IMG/VR virus record: IMGVR_UViG_3300027749_000069 | Span: 30,383 to 94,382 of that record | Reading direction: 5' to 3' (one strand) | DNA length: 64,000 nucleotides | Source of the DNA: a virus | Lineage: Duplodnaviria > Caudoviricetes | Shown: positions 9,716 through 19,079 of the stretch, piece after piece | Layout of the letters: every line of letters begins with the position of its first letter | Position numbering within the stretch: the first letter of the stretch is position 1 | The notes under the pieces: generated by a model | Database searches by the model: none | Seen by the model: only the letters and a program-made list of their open reading frames with translations | What the model was told of the DNA's origin: nothing | Position numbers and translations under genes: made by a program

Positions 9716-10462
9716 TTATGAAAACATTAAACGCTTAATGTTTTTAATACTTTCTTGAAGTTTTTTATTTTCATCCTCTTCTGGATTAACTTCAGGTTTT
9801 TCCTGTGGTTTTGGTTGAGGAAGTTCTTGTGTTTTAGGTTCTTCGGGAGTTGGTTCTTTTGGTGTTATTGGTGTCTTTGTTGGTTTTGTTTGTGGTGTCG
9901 GTTGTGGTAATTCTGTTGGTGTAGGTTCCGTAGGTTCAGTAGGTTTAACTTCAGGCTCAACTGGTTGAGGTTCTGTAGGTTGTGGTTGAACTGGTTTAGG
10001 TGTTGGTTTAGTAACTGTAGGTTTAACAATCCTTGGTTTTTTAACTTCAGGTTTATTTGTCCAATCAGCAGTTACATAAGTAACACTCATAGATTTATCA
10101 TCACCTTCTTTATAGTCGGGTCTTTTTTGGTCAAACTTACTATCACTAATTTTTAAATTACTCATACGACCAACCATAAAGGTTCTCCAACCTGTTTTAT
10201 CAAATCCTTTTTTGGATACTGATGGTGGTTGAACATACGCACGAACAACTAAATTACCTTTTTTATTTAAACCTAATGCAACTGCTTCAGCATCAATTCT
10301 ATTACCTGGCTTAACACTGGTTTTTTCTGGTTTTCTTGGACCACTATAGAAAAAAGATATTTTATTCCTATTTTTAATTGCATCAACAATAGGTTTTGTT
10401 TTAGTTGTCTTTAATATATTTTGTTCTTCAATAACATTGAAGAATGTTTGATTAAAATTCAT
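9716..10462 (-). CDS. WYL-domain protein with a Pro-rich tail
   Basis: DAIKNRNKISFFY...R.....ALG.....VVRAY...GWRTFMVGRMSNL fits the WYL (SH3-barrel) signature; residues ~140-232 are P/E/T/K-rich. Confidence 0.7.
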   Translation of the reverse strand: MNFNQTFFNVIEEQNILKTTKTKPIVDAIKNRNKISFFYSGPRKPEKTSVKPGNRIDAEAVALGLNKKGNLVVRAYVQPPSVSKKGFDKTGWRTFMVGRMSNLKISDSKFDQKRPDYKEGDDKSMSVTYVTADWTNKPEVKKPRIVKPTVTKPTPKPVQPQPTEPQPVEPEVKPTEPTEPTPTELPQPTPQTKPTKTPITPKEPTPEEPKTQELPQPKPQEKPEVNPEEDENKKLQESIKNIKRLMFS

Positions 10463-10857
10463 TATTGGAAATCAGGGTATTTGTTGGATTCACCAAATTT
10501 ATTTTTATTAATAACTTGTATTCTTGTATTAATATCTGTTAATGAACCAACTTGTCCATTGTCACCTTTTTGACCCTTACCAAATTCATCACCATCTGAC
10601 ATTGCATCTGGATTTGTAATACCATATCCATTTTCATTACTATATCTATTGGTTGCCATAATTTGAATTCTTGTATTAATATCGGTTAAAGAACCGACAG
10701 TACCTGTATCACCAACTTGTCCTTTACCTAATTCATCTCCATCGGAAAGTGCATCTTTACTTGTGATACCATAACCATTTTTTTCTGAATATCTATTAAT
10801 AACAACTTCTTGTGTTCTTAATTTTTCAGCGATAACTTCTAATTGTGTCTTTGCCAT
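10462..10857 (-). CDS. Hypothetical protein made of two ~50-aa internal repeats
   Basis: NRYS..NGYGIT..DA.SDGDE.GKGQ.GD.G.VGSLTDINTRIQ occurs twice. Confidence 0.65.
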   Translation of the reverse strand: MAKTQLEVIAEKLRTQEVVINRYSEKNGYGITSKDALSDGDELGKGQVGDTGTVGSLTDINTRIQIMATNRYSNENGYGITNPDAMSDGDEFGKGQKGDNGQVGSLTDINTRIQVINKNKFGESNKYPDFQ

Positions 10858-10858
10858 A

Positions 10859-11353
10859 TTATAACATTAATTTTTTTATTCTTTGTAATTGTTCAAACAA
10901 ACCAGATAATTTAATACTTGATATTGAAGATTTATGTGAATTACTTTTCATCATATTCAATGGAGGTAAGAAATCTGGTTTCTTTGAATGTTTTTTCAAA
11001 TGACTATTTTTTCTTTCTCCAGTTATCCCACCAATATCATCAGCCTGTTTTCTTCCGTCTTTTCTATTACTCACCATATCTCTTTCACCTTGTAGGTATT
11101 GTTTAGACCATCTGTCCATTAACTCACCACCAGCCAAGTCATACCTAACTCTATCACCAATTTTATCAATATTTTGTAAGTCATGTATAATTCTTTTTAA
11201 CTGTCCGTATTTAACTTTTTTGTCTATTAAAAGTTTCTTGGCTCTTTGTACACCATGAACATGTGTTCCGTTAAGACCAACGATTGTATGGTTAATCTTA
11301 TCTAAAATGTTCTGCGGTATATCAAATATCCTATGTTTTAAATCCTTATTCAT
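10859..11353 (-). CDS. Basic hypothetical protein, likely head-internal
   Basis: 164 aa, ends LFEQLQRIKKLML. Confidence 0.55.
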   Translation of the reverse strand: MNKDLKHRIFDIPQNILDKINHTIVGLNGTHVHGVQRAKKLLIDKKVKYGQLKRIIHDLQNIDKIGDRVRYDLAGGELMDRWSKQYLQGERDMVSNRKDGRKQADDIGGITGERKNSHLKKHSKKPDFLPPLNMMKSNSHKSSISSIKLSGLFEQLQRIKKLML

Positions 11354-12119
11354 TATCTTTTTTAATATAATTAATTACATCGTCAGCTGTTAAACCGTGA
11401 CTATCCATACTATTTTTTAATGAATTAAGTTGTCTTTTAATAATTGGATGTATTTCTTTTGGTTCAACTTCTTCCTTTTCTTTTTCTAAAACATCATTAT
11501 CTTTACTTCTACCTTTAAGAATACTCTCAATATACTCTTCCATATACTTTTTTGGGTTCTCAACTAATCTAACTTTATCGTCTGGTAGATTCTTATCATA
11601 ACCCATTTGATCCATTCTATCTTCAGCTTCTTCACTATCTAAACCTAAATCTTTCTCAAAATACTCTTCTGCCTCTTCATAATCCGCATCATTTCCCATA
11701 GTTGCTTCAAATCCGAGAGCATCTTTCATTGCAATTTCAATTAGTTCTCCTTTGGTTAATTTACCCTCACCCCAAAACTTCGTGTAGTTTTGAACCTTAG
11801 TCATACCATAATTACCCATTTGACCTTTTCCTGTTTTAACCACTTCATCACTTGTTGAATCGGAACTAACACCTCTTGTGTTTAAATCTGATGGTTTTTT
11901 ACTTGTTAAAAAATTACCTTCTTTATCTACAATTTCATCAACTTCCTCTTCCTTTTCTACTTTATCAGGTATTTTACTATAATCTGTTTTATCAGAAAAC
12001 TCTTTGGCCCATTTGGACCACTTCTTATTTTTACCCCCTTTGGCTTTTGCATAGAAGAATCTTTGTTGTGCTTTTGACGCAAATTTCTCTTCAATTACCT
12101 GTTTTATAAAATTATTCAT
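11346..12119 (-). CDS. Hypothetical head-associated protein
   Basis: Starts MNNFIKQVIEEKFASKAQQRFFYA...WAKEFSDKTD...IPDKV; late box at 12135-12142. Confidence 0.55.
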   Translation of the reverse strand: MNNFIKQVIEEKFASKAQQRFFYAKAKGGKNKKWSKWAKEFSDKTDYSKIPDKVEKEEEVDEIVDKEGNFLTSKKPSDLNTRGVSSDSTSDEVVKTGKGQMGNYGMTKVQNYTKFWGEGKLTKGELIEIAMKDALGFEATMGNDADYEEAEEYFEKDLGLDSEEAEDRMDQMGYDKNLPDDKVRLVENPKKYMEEYIESILKGRSKDNDVLEKEKEEVEPKEIHPIIKRQLNSLKNSMDSHGLTADDVINYIKKDNE

Positions 12120-12130
12120 CTAAATGGACT

Positions 12131-12171
12131 TTTATATAAATATCAAATGTTATGAAAGATATTTATATAAA
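12131..12171. promoter_or_regulatory. Divergent pair of late promoters forming a perfect 14-bp inverted repeat
   Basis: TTTATATAAATATC (12131-12144) and GATATTTATATAAA (12158-12171) lie at the switch from minus- to plus-strand genes. Confidence 0.75.
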
Positions 12172-12172
12172 C

Positions 12173-13366
12173 ATGGCTAATCAGAATATTTTAAGATTTT
12201 ACGGTTCCAAACTCGATTTAAAGGTAGATTATTCCGAATTATATGACTTTGAACTATCAAAAGTTCAAATGGATTATAATGAAGAGGTCCTAAATTTTGA
12301 TAGAGAAATAACATATACAGGATTAACAATAGATTCTTCTTGTTTAACAGGACTAACTTCACCTTGGGAAGTAGAGGTAAATAAACCATACACTGGCGGT
12401 ACCTGTGATTTTACTGTTCGTAGAAGAACAGAGAAGGGTTGGACATTAGATTTGGTTTTTGATAGATTAGTGACTGGTACGACATTTTACTATTTAGGAA
12501 TTAAAGATGATTTAGCTAATGGGAATTACGCGGATAATAATTTAACATTTTCATTTACCAATAATAAAAAAATAAAATGGGAATCTTACCATTATTCGGG
12601 GTCGTGTAATCCAGATAGCGGGTACACGGAGTCATATTACACATTAACAGGTAATACTCCTGAATTGTGTGCGAATGGAATATATGACGATTTTAATATT
12701 ACAATCACATTTGATAGATACACATATCTTTATGATTGTGAGATTGAGAATGAGGGAGGATTTAATGATTTAATATTAGGTCCACATGCGGTTAGTTATA
12801 CTGATGAATTATGGGCACCGACGACTGGTGACACAGGTAGTTTCTTTTCTGGTTCATTTTTAGGACATTCAACACAAATCACCACAGGTTATACAATGGT
12901 TACTGGGTCGTTAAATTGGATTACTGGTGACACCAAATATAGTTATGTTGAGGAATTAAATAAGAAATGGGCGGGTGAGAAACAAAAGAGATTAGGAACA
13001 CTTAAAATTTATCATAACGGTAAAAGAATATATAAATTAGAAAACTTTGAAGAAATAATACCATCATTAAGAAAATCTACAAATTCAATTGTTCAGATTT
13101 TTGGTAGTAATGGTCTTAATGGTATATTGAAACAAGTTAAGTATTTTGAAGAACCATTAGATTTTGTTCATGTTAATCATCATTATTTAACATCAATTAA
13201 ACCAAATTATTCAATATATGGTTGTTCGGATGTTTTACCAAGCCCAACACCTACACCAACACCGAGTATAACTCCAACTAAAACACCGACACCAACTAAT
13301 ACTGTTACACCAACAGGAACACCTACAAACACTCCAACACCAACTAATACACCAACACCAACTTAA
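12173..13366 (+). CDS. Virion protein (ConA/LamG-like beta-rich) with a C-terminal Pro-Thr repeat tail
   Basis: Start moved to ATG 12173, downstream of the late box; GWTLDLVF, LKIYHNGK, LKQVKYFEEPL; ends in (PT)n. Confidence 0.55.
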   Translation: MANQNILRFYGSKLDLKVDYSELYDFELSKVQMDYNEEVLNFDREITYTGLTIDSSCLTGLTSPWEVEVNKPYTGGTCDFTVRRRTEKGWTLDLVFDRLVTGTTFYYLGIKDDLANGNYADNNLTFSFTNNKKIKWESYHYSGSCNPDSGYTESYYTLTGNTPELCANGIYDDFNITITFDRYTYLYDCEIENEGGFNDLILGPHAVSYTDELWAPTTGDTGSFFSGSFLGHSTQITTGYTMVTGSLNWITGDTKYSYVEELNKKWAGEKQKRLGTLKIYHNGKRIYKLENFEEIIPSLRKSTNSIVQIFGSNGLNGILKQVKYFEEPLDFVHVNHHYLTSIKPNYSIYGCSDVLPSPTPTPTPSITPTKTPTPTNTVTPTGTPTNTPTPTNTPTPT

Positions 13367-13380
13367 ACTATTTATAACAT

Positions 13381-13734
13381 ATGGAATTCTTTATAAGACA
13401 AGGGGCATCTGACCCAATATTAAAAATGAGGATGATTGACGACGGTAAAAACGATAAATCATCATTTAATGATTTATTGGAAAATGCAACAATCACATTT
13501 GAAATGTTTGATGTTAATACCGGCGAACCCGTGTTATTAAATGAAACTTGTAATATTACAACAAGAACAAAACTATATAACCAAACGACTGACGAATATT
13601 ATATCGTTTTCAGATTCACTGAACAACAGACATCTGAAATAGGTAAATTTGAAGGAAAGGTAAACGTGTCGTTTGATAATGGTAATAAACTTATATTACC
13701 CGTTAAGGAAAAACTTTACATTAATATTTTTTAA
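13381..13734 (+). CDS. BppU N-terminal-like baseplate/fibre adaptor domain protein
   Basis: FFIRQG..P.L......, LENATITFEM, FT...T..IGKFEG.V.V.F..G....LP; late box at 13369. Confidence 0.55.
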   Translation: MEFFIRQGASDPILKMRMIDDGKNDKSSFNDLLENATITFEMFDVNTGEPVLLNETCNITTRTKLYNQTTDEYYIVFRFTEQQTSEIGKFEGKVNVSFDNGNKLILPVKEKLYINIF

Positions 13735-13783
13735 TTCGATTCCATTTGTAGATTTTATACTATTTATAAGAAACAAAAAATAG

Positions 13784-14884
13784 ATGTCACAACCAAGTAC
13801 AAATCATTTTAAATTCGGAGCTTCCGGAATAAGTTCAGCCACAAGAGGTGGCTTCAGCGTTGGAGTAAAGGGGGGTGCCGATTATGGCCCAACCTCATCA
13901 ACAGGTTTTTGGAACGGAGTAACACCACCAATAGGTGGATACACCATTTACGTAGATAAAATGTCACAAGGTCCTAGTATTCACGTTGCATATAACGATG
14001 CTCAATGTATCGGTATGTTATTAGCAATGGGTGCTACAGGCAGTACGATAGGAGATGTGGTGGCTTGGGTTGGAACACAGTCAAATATGGCAATTTTAAG
14101 TGCCGATTTAACTCTTGGTGATTTACCAGGTGCTCCAGTAACTTATACTATAGGTCAAGCAGCCTTAGGTGGTATAATCGCTTATATTGATGGTGGTGGT
14201 TCTACAGGTACATCAGGATTAGTTGCTACAGTTGCAGATGTTTCTTCAGGTAATGCAGCATGGGGATGTATTGGAACGGCGATATCGGGTGCAGATGGTA
14301 CCGCTATAGGAACTGGAAATCAAAATACAATAGATATAATGGCTGGATGTGCTACCGCAGGAATTGCAGCTAGAATTTGTGGAGATTTAACACAAAGTGG
14401 ATATTCTGATTGGTATTTACCAAGTAAAGATGAGTTAAATGCATTATATACAAACAAAGCTTCTATTGGAGGTTTTGCGAATGACGCCTATTGGTCTTCT
14501 ACGGAATATCACATTGCATCTGCAGCATATTACCAAGATTTCAGTAATGGTTTTGTAACTGCAACACCTAAGAACTCTGATTTATATGTACGTGCAGTGA
14601 GAAGCTTTGGAGGTGGAGGTGGTTTACAATATTATTATTTAGCAAATTTTGGAAGTACTCCAGATTCTGCGGCATGTGCTAGCACTAACGGATTAACAAA
14701 TGTAACATTTGATACGGGTGATATAGGAACCGCAGGATACATTTACGCTGATAATATGACAACATTAAGTGGTGGTATATATTGGGTATTTGATAATGTA
14801 TCAAGAAAAGTTAGAGGAGCATCATATAGTGGATCTCCAAATAACTACATGAACTTTTATGGTTCATATACAACACCTTGTTAA
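13784..14884 (+). CDS. Modular virion/adhesin protein with a DUF1566 (Lcl/C-type lectin-like) domain
   Basis: GYSDWYLPSKDELNALY...YWSSTEY...YVRAVRSF followed by a GGGG linker and a C-terminal domain. Confidence 0.75.
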   Translation: MSQPSTNHFKFGASGISSATRGGFSVGVKGGADYGPTSSTGFWNGVTPPIGGYTIYVDKMSQGPSIHVAYNDAQCIGMLLAMGATGSTIGDVVAWVGTQSNMAILSADLTLGDLPGAPVTYTIGQAALGGIIAYIDGGGSTGTSGLVATVADVSSGNAAWGCIGTAISGADGTAIGTGNQNTIDIMAGCATAGIAARICGDLTQSGYSDWYLPSKDELNALYTNKASIGGFANDAYWSSTEYHIASAAYYQDFSNGFVTATPKNSDLYVRAVRSFGGGGGLQYYYLANFGSTPDSAACASTNGLTNVTFDTGDIGTAGYIYADNMTTLSGGIYWVFDNVSRKVRGASYSGSPNNYMNFYGSYTTPC

Positions 14885-14907
14885 TATAACAAAAACAAAT
14901 AATTCAC

Positions 14908-14938
14908 AAGGAGGACCTAAAAAGTCCTCCTTTTTTTT
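14908..14938 (+). terminator. Rho-independent terminator
   Basis: AAGGAGGAC-CTAAAAA-GTCCTCCTT plus T run. Confidence 0.85.
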
Positions 14939-15031
14939 ATTACCAATTTTTTTACTTATATTTATTATTGTAAACAAGGCAAACTGTGATTTAATCACAA
15001 GCTAATACGTCACATTAAAAAAATATAAAAC

Positions 15032-17929
15032 ATGAAAGAGGTTATCTCTCAGGAAGTTATTGAAGGCTTCCTAAATGGTGGAGACGACGAAATGTATATC
15101 GTCGGAGTTGAATACGACTACCCAACCAATACAATTTGGAAAATTATCCAAGACCCAATTGAAGGAAAAATTATTAAATCTGATACATTTACACCGTTTA
15201 TATGGGTGGGTGATTTAACAGGATTAAATTTCTATAACAACTCAAAAGCCATGCAGAAAAAACGTATGGGTGAGTTTGGTATTTTAATTGAAAAGTTAGA
15301 CACGCACGGCAACGAACGTTTAGAAAATGGTATGACCCATATCGTTAAAAGTATTAAATCATATACGGATTTAGTTTCATTCTTTAGAATGGGTGGATTG
15401 AATCCATGGGATGAAAAAGTAAGACATCATTTTACTGTATTAAACCCTGTTGAACAATATCTTATACAAAAGAAAAAAAGATTATTTAAAGGTATTGATG
15501 AATATAGTGGAGTTAATAGATTTGTATTTGATATTGAGACCACAGGTCTTGATCCTGAAACTTGTGTTATCATATTGATTGGGGTTAAAGATAACCGTGG
15601 TATGAATGAAACAATTGCAGCATTTGGTGAAGACGGAGAAAAGAAATGTATTGAAAGATTTTTCAAATATATTAAAGATTTAAAACCAACCATTGTTGCG
15701 GGTTATAACTCTGCATTCTTTGACTGGCCGTTTATATTAAAACGTGCAGAAATACTTGGTGTTGACGTTAATGGTCTTACACAAATATTCACAACACAAG
15801 GAATGAAAGAGAAGGAAGGAATGTTAAAACTTGCAAACGAAATTGAACCATATAAACAACACGTTATATGGGGTTTCAATATTATTGATATCGCACATTC
15901 AGTAAGACGTGCTCAGGCAATCAATTCTGAAATTAAAAGTTGGGGATTGAAATATATTACAACATATTTGGAGAAAGAAAAACCTAATCGGGTTTATGTG
16001 GATGGTGCAAAGATTTCCAAAATATATCTTGATAACGAAAGTTATTATGTAAATCCAAAGACAGGAAATTATAAACAAATTGGAGAACCTGGTACAGAAA
16101 ATTTAACACAGAAATATCCTGGTAAATTTGAGATATGGACAGGAAGAAAAATTGTAGAACAATATCTTGATGATGACTTGTACGAGACCATGGTTGTGGA
16201 TGATTCATTTTCTCAATCAACATTCTTATTATCAAAACTCGTACCTACCACGTATGAAAGAATTGCAACAATGGGAACTGCAACACTATGGAAAATTATT
16301 ATGTTAGCATGGTCTTATGAAAACAATTTAGCAATACCAGCTAAAGATGAGAAACGTGCAATCACTGGTGGATTATCAAGATTATTAAATGTGGGATATT
16401 CAAAGAATATTGTTAAGTTTGACTATGCATCACTCTATCCATCTATTCAACTTGTATATGATGTGTTTCCTGATTGTGATGTGATGGGTGTACAAAAATC
16501 AATGTTAAAATATTTCCGTGATATTCGTATCAAATATAAATTACTTGCGGGCGAATTAAAAAATAGTGATCCAGTTCTTGCTGAAATGTATGATAGAAAA
16601 CAATTACCAATTAAGATTTTTATCAACGCATATTTCGGTAGTTTATCCGCACCTCACGTATTCCCTTGGGGAGATATGAATATGGGTGAAACCATTACCT
16701 GTGTTGGTCGTCAGTGTTTAAGAATGATGATTATGTTTTATATGAAGAAAGGTTATAAACCTCTTGTAATGGACACGGATGGTGTGAACTTTGAAACACC
16801 ATTGAATATTGATGATACGGTTTATGTTGGTAAAGGATTGAATGAAATGGTTACGTTAGGAAAAGAATATAAAGGTATTGAAGCAGATACTGCAGAGTTC
16901 AATGATATCTTTATGAGAAATGAAATGGGTTTAGATATTGATTATGTTGCGCCAGCTTGTATTAATGTTTCTCGTAAGAACTATATCATTAAAATGATGA
17001 AGAAAGGAAAAGAGAAAATTAAATTAACAGGTAATACAATCAAATCAAAAAAATTACAAACATATATCGTAGAGTTTTTAGATGAAGGATTAAAGTATTT
17101 GTTAAATGGTGACGGATTATCTTTTGTGGAATTATATTATGAATTTGTAAGTAAAATTTATAATAAAGAAATTCCATTATCTAAAATTGCAAATAAAGCT
17201 CGTGTTAAACAATCTATTAATGATTATAGAAAGTATGTTCAAAAGACAACTAAAGCTGGTTCATTAATGTCTCGTCAAGCACATATGGAATTAATTATGA
17301 GGAGTGATTATCCTGCAGGTTTAGGAGATACAATTTATTATGTTAACAATGGTGTTAAGAAATCATCAGGAGATGTTCAGAAAGTTAGTAGACCTAGTAA
17401 GAAAGTTTTAGAAGAATATCTTACAAAAAATGGTACACCAATGCCTGAAGATTATATCGAAGTGAACTGTTATATGATTGATGAAAAAGAAATATTAAAT
17501 AATCCTGATTTAAAAGGTGATTATAATGTTCCTCGTTATCTTAATAATTTTAATAAACGTGTTGAACCATTGTTAGTTGTATTTCATCCATCAATTAGAG
17601 AAGATATATTAATTGAATCACCTGACCAAAGACAATTCTTTACAAAATTACAATGTGAATTAGTTAATGGGTTTCCATTGAAAGAAGAAGGTCAAGATAA
17701 ATTAGATGAGGTAATGACATTATCTGACAGTGAAGTATTATTTTGGAATCGTGTGGGGAGAGACCCTTACTTTATGTATGTGGAAAATAGTTTAGAACTT
17801 GCTGACCCATTTTGGGTTGACCACAATAGAAAAGTAATTTCGTTTCAAGAACAAAGTACTAAATCCAATGAAGAGGAGATTATTGAAACTAATGGTAACG
17901 ATTATGCATTACACGCAATAGAAAGTTAG
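15032..17929 (+). CDS. polB: Family B DNA polymerase with 3'-5' exonuclease
   Basis: ExoI FDIETTG, ExoII GYNSAFFD, ExoIII YLDDD; polymerase motifs DYASLYPSI, KIFINAYFG and DTDG. Confidence 0.95.
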   Translation: MKEVISQEVIEGFLNGGDDEMYIVGVEYDYPTNTIWKIIQDPIEGKIIKSDTFTPFIWVGDLTGLNFYNNSKAMQKKRMGEFGILIEKLDTHGNERLENGMTHIVKSIKSYTDLVSFFRMGGLNPWDEKVRHHFTVLNPVEQYLIQKKKRLFKGIDEYSGVNRFVFDIETTGLDPETCVIILIGVKDNRGMNETIAAFGEDGEKKCIERFFKYIKDLKPTIVAGYNSAFFDWPFILKRAEILGVDVNGLTQIFTTQGMKEKEGMLKLANEIEPYKQHVIWGFNIIDIAHSVRRAQAINSEIKSWGLKYITTYLEKEKPNRVYVDGAKISKIYLDNESYYVNPKTGNYKQIGEPGTENLTQKYPGKFEIWTGRKIVEQYLDDDLYETMVVDDSFSQSTFLLSKLVPTTYERIATMGTATLWKIIMLAWSYENNLAIPAKDEKRAITGGLSRLLNVGYSKNIVKFDYASLYPSIQLVYDVFPDCDVMGVQKSMLKYFRDIRIKYKLLAGELKNSDPVLAEMYDRKQLPIKIFINAYFGSLSAPHVFPWGDMNMGETITCVGRQCLRMMIMFYMKKGYKPLVMDTDGVNFETPLNIDDTVYVGKGLNEMVTLGKEYKGIEADTAEFNDIFMRNEMGLDIDYVAPACINVSRKNYIIKMMKKGKEKIKLTGNTIKSKKLQTYIVEFLDEGLKYLLNGDGLSFVELYYEFVSKIYNKEIPLSKIANKARVKQSINDYRKYVQKTTKAGSLMSRQAHMELIMRSDYPAGLGDTIYYVNNGVKKSSGDVQKVSRPSKKVLEEYLTKNGTPMPEDYIEVNCYMIDEKEILNNPDLKGDYNVPRYLNNFNKRVEPLLVVFHPSIREDILIESPDQRQFFTKLQCELVNGFPLKEEGQDKLDEVMTLSDSEVLFWNRVGRDPYFMYVENSLELADPFWVDHNRKVISFQEQSTKSNEEEIIETNGNDYALHAIES

Positions 17930-19041
17930 ATAATATTAATAGGTGCGGGCATTGCTCTAAACTTAAGAGATTTGTTTAGATTCTCTGCCTCACCAGCTTT
18001 TCTTTCAAGAATTTTATCAGGACGTAATCTTTCTAATCTTGCCATAAGTTCTTCAATTAACTTAGATTTTTCATCTTTACCTTCAGTAATTAATGAACTG
18101 TAATCTAATTTAATCGTACTATCAGGAACTTGTAAATCACCTGAAAACTTACCCCATATACGACCTAAACCTTCTTTAGAATAACCTATTAGATATTTTC
18201 TAACCCAATTCTGTGAAGGTTTATTTAAACTACCCCATGTTAATTCTTCCGTCATAACATCGGATGGTAATTTAATAACATCTTTATTATTCTTTAAACA
18301 GGTGTCTCTATCCATAGTATCGTAGTACCAATACCAAACTTTATAATTATTTTTAGCAATAGAACCAAAATCAAACTTACCACCCGGTACATTATAAAGG
18401 TGTACCAATTTCTTACCTTCAGGACCCGCGGTAATTTTATAAGTTAAATCACCACCAATCATTCTACTCTTAAAGTTTCTATCTTGCATTCTCAATAATA
18501 GGTCAAAACCCGGTGTCATAAAATATGAACCAGCGGTTCCAACCTGAGCATACCCACCCACTCCACCGAAACCAACACCACCAAGTGCACCAAAACCACC
18601 TAAAAATGGATCTACTATTGAGTCATTTAAAGTTGCACGTGTGAAGTATAATAATTCGTTAATTTCACGACCAGCAGGAATTTCATATACTTGTTGACCT
18701 TGTGAAACCGTAAAATAGTCCTTTTTCAATTCACTTGTTCCACCAGCCTGTAAACCTACAATTTTGGAATATGAGTGAGTATATTGAGTTTCGTAATCTA
18801 AACTTCTTGTTGTGAAAGCTCTTGAAAGGGATTGTGTATCTAAATCAAGACCCGCTAAAGCTGACCATTGAGATTCAATTAACCAATCACTAACGTATTG
18901 TTCGTATTCTGATAGAGATAACTCTAAAAAGGTATCCATTTGTTCCTGTGTAAGTTCAATTCCACGAACTGGCATCCCCAAAAGGTGGAAAACCTGGGTA
19001 TATAATTTATCTCTTTCTTCCGGTGTAATAATAGTGGCCAT
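17926..19041 (-). CDS. Neck/head-tail adaptor protein (T4 gp13-like)
   Basis: LLGMPVRGIELTQEQMD at the N-terminus; WVRKY....SKEGLGRIWGKF and EGKDEKSKLIEEL at the C-terminus; late box at 19057-19064. Confidence 0.75.
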   Translation of the reverse strand: MATIITPEERDKLYTQVFHLLGMPVRGIELTQEQMDTFLELSLSEYEQYVSDWLIESQWSALAGLDLDTQSLSRAFTTRSLDYETQYTHSYSKIVGLQAGGTSELKKDYFTVSQGQQVYEIPAGREINELLYFTRATLNDSIVDPFLGGFGALGGVGFGGVGGYAQVGTAGSYFMTPGFDLLLRMQDRNFKSRMIGGDLTYKITAGPEGKKLVHLYNVPGGKFDFGSIAKNNYKVWYWYYDTMDRDTCLKNNKDVIKLPSDVMTEELTWGSLNKPSQNWVRKYLIGYSKEGLGRIWGKFSGDLQVPDSTIKLDYSSLITEGKDEKSKLIEELMARLERLRPDKILERKAGEAENLNKSLKFRAMPAPINII

Positions 19042-19043
19042 AA

Positions 19044-19075
19044 TTTGGTATATTCTTATAAATATCTTATATTTG
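19044..19075 (+). promoter_or_regulatory. Consensus Bacteroidota sigma70 promoter
   Basis: TTTG (19044-47) - 20 nt - TATATTTG (19068-75), an exact fit to TTTG-N19-21-TAnnTTTG; ATG at 19080. Confidence 0.7.
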
Positions 19076-19079
19076 GGTT

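Noticed and set aside
14976-15014. c-di-GMP-I riboswitch (GGCAAAC start) or CRP site
   Set aside because: It lacks the GAAA tetraloop, GACGCAAA segment and second stem; the TGTGA-TCACA spacing is 5, not the 6 of CRP sites.
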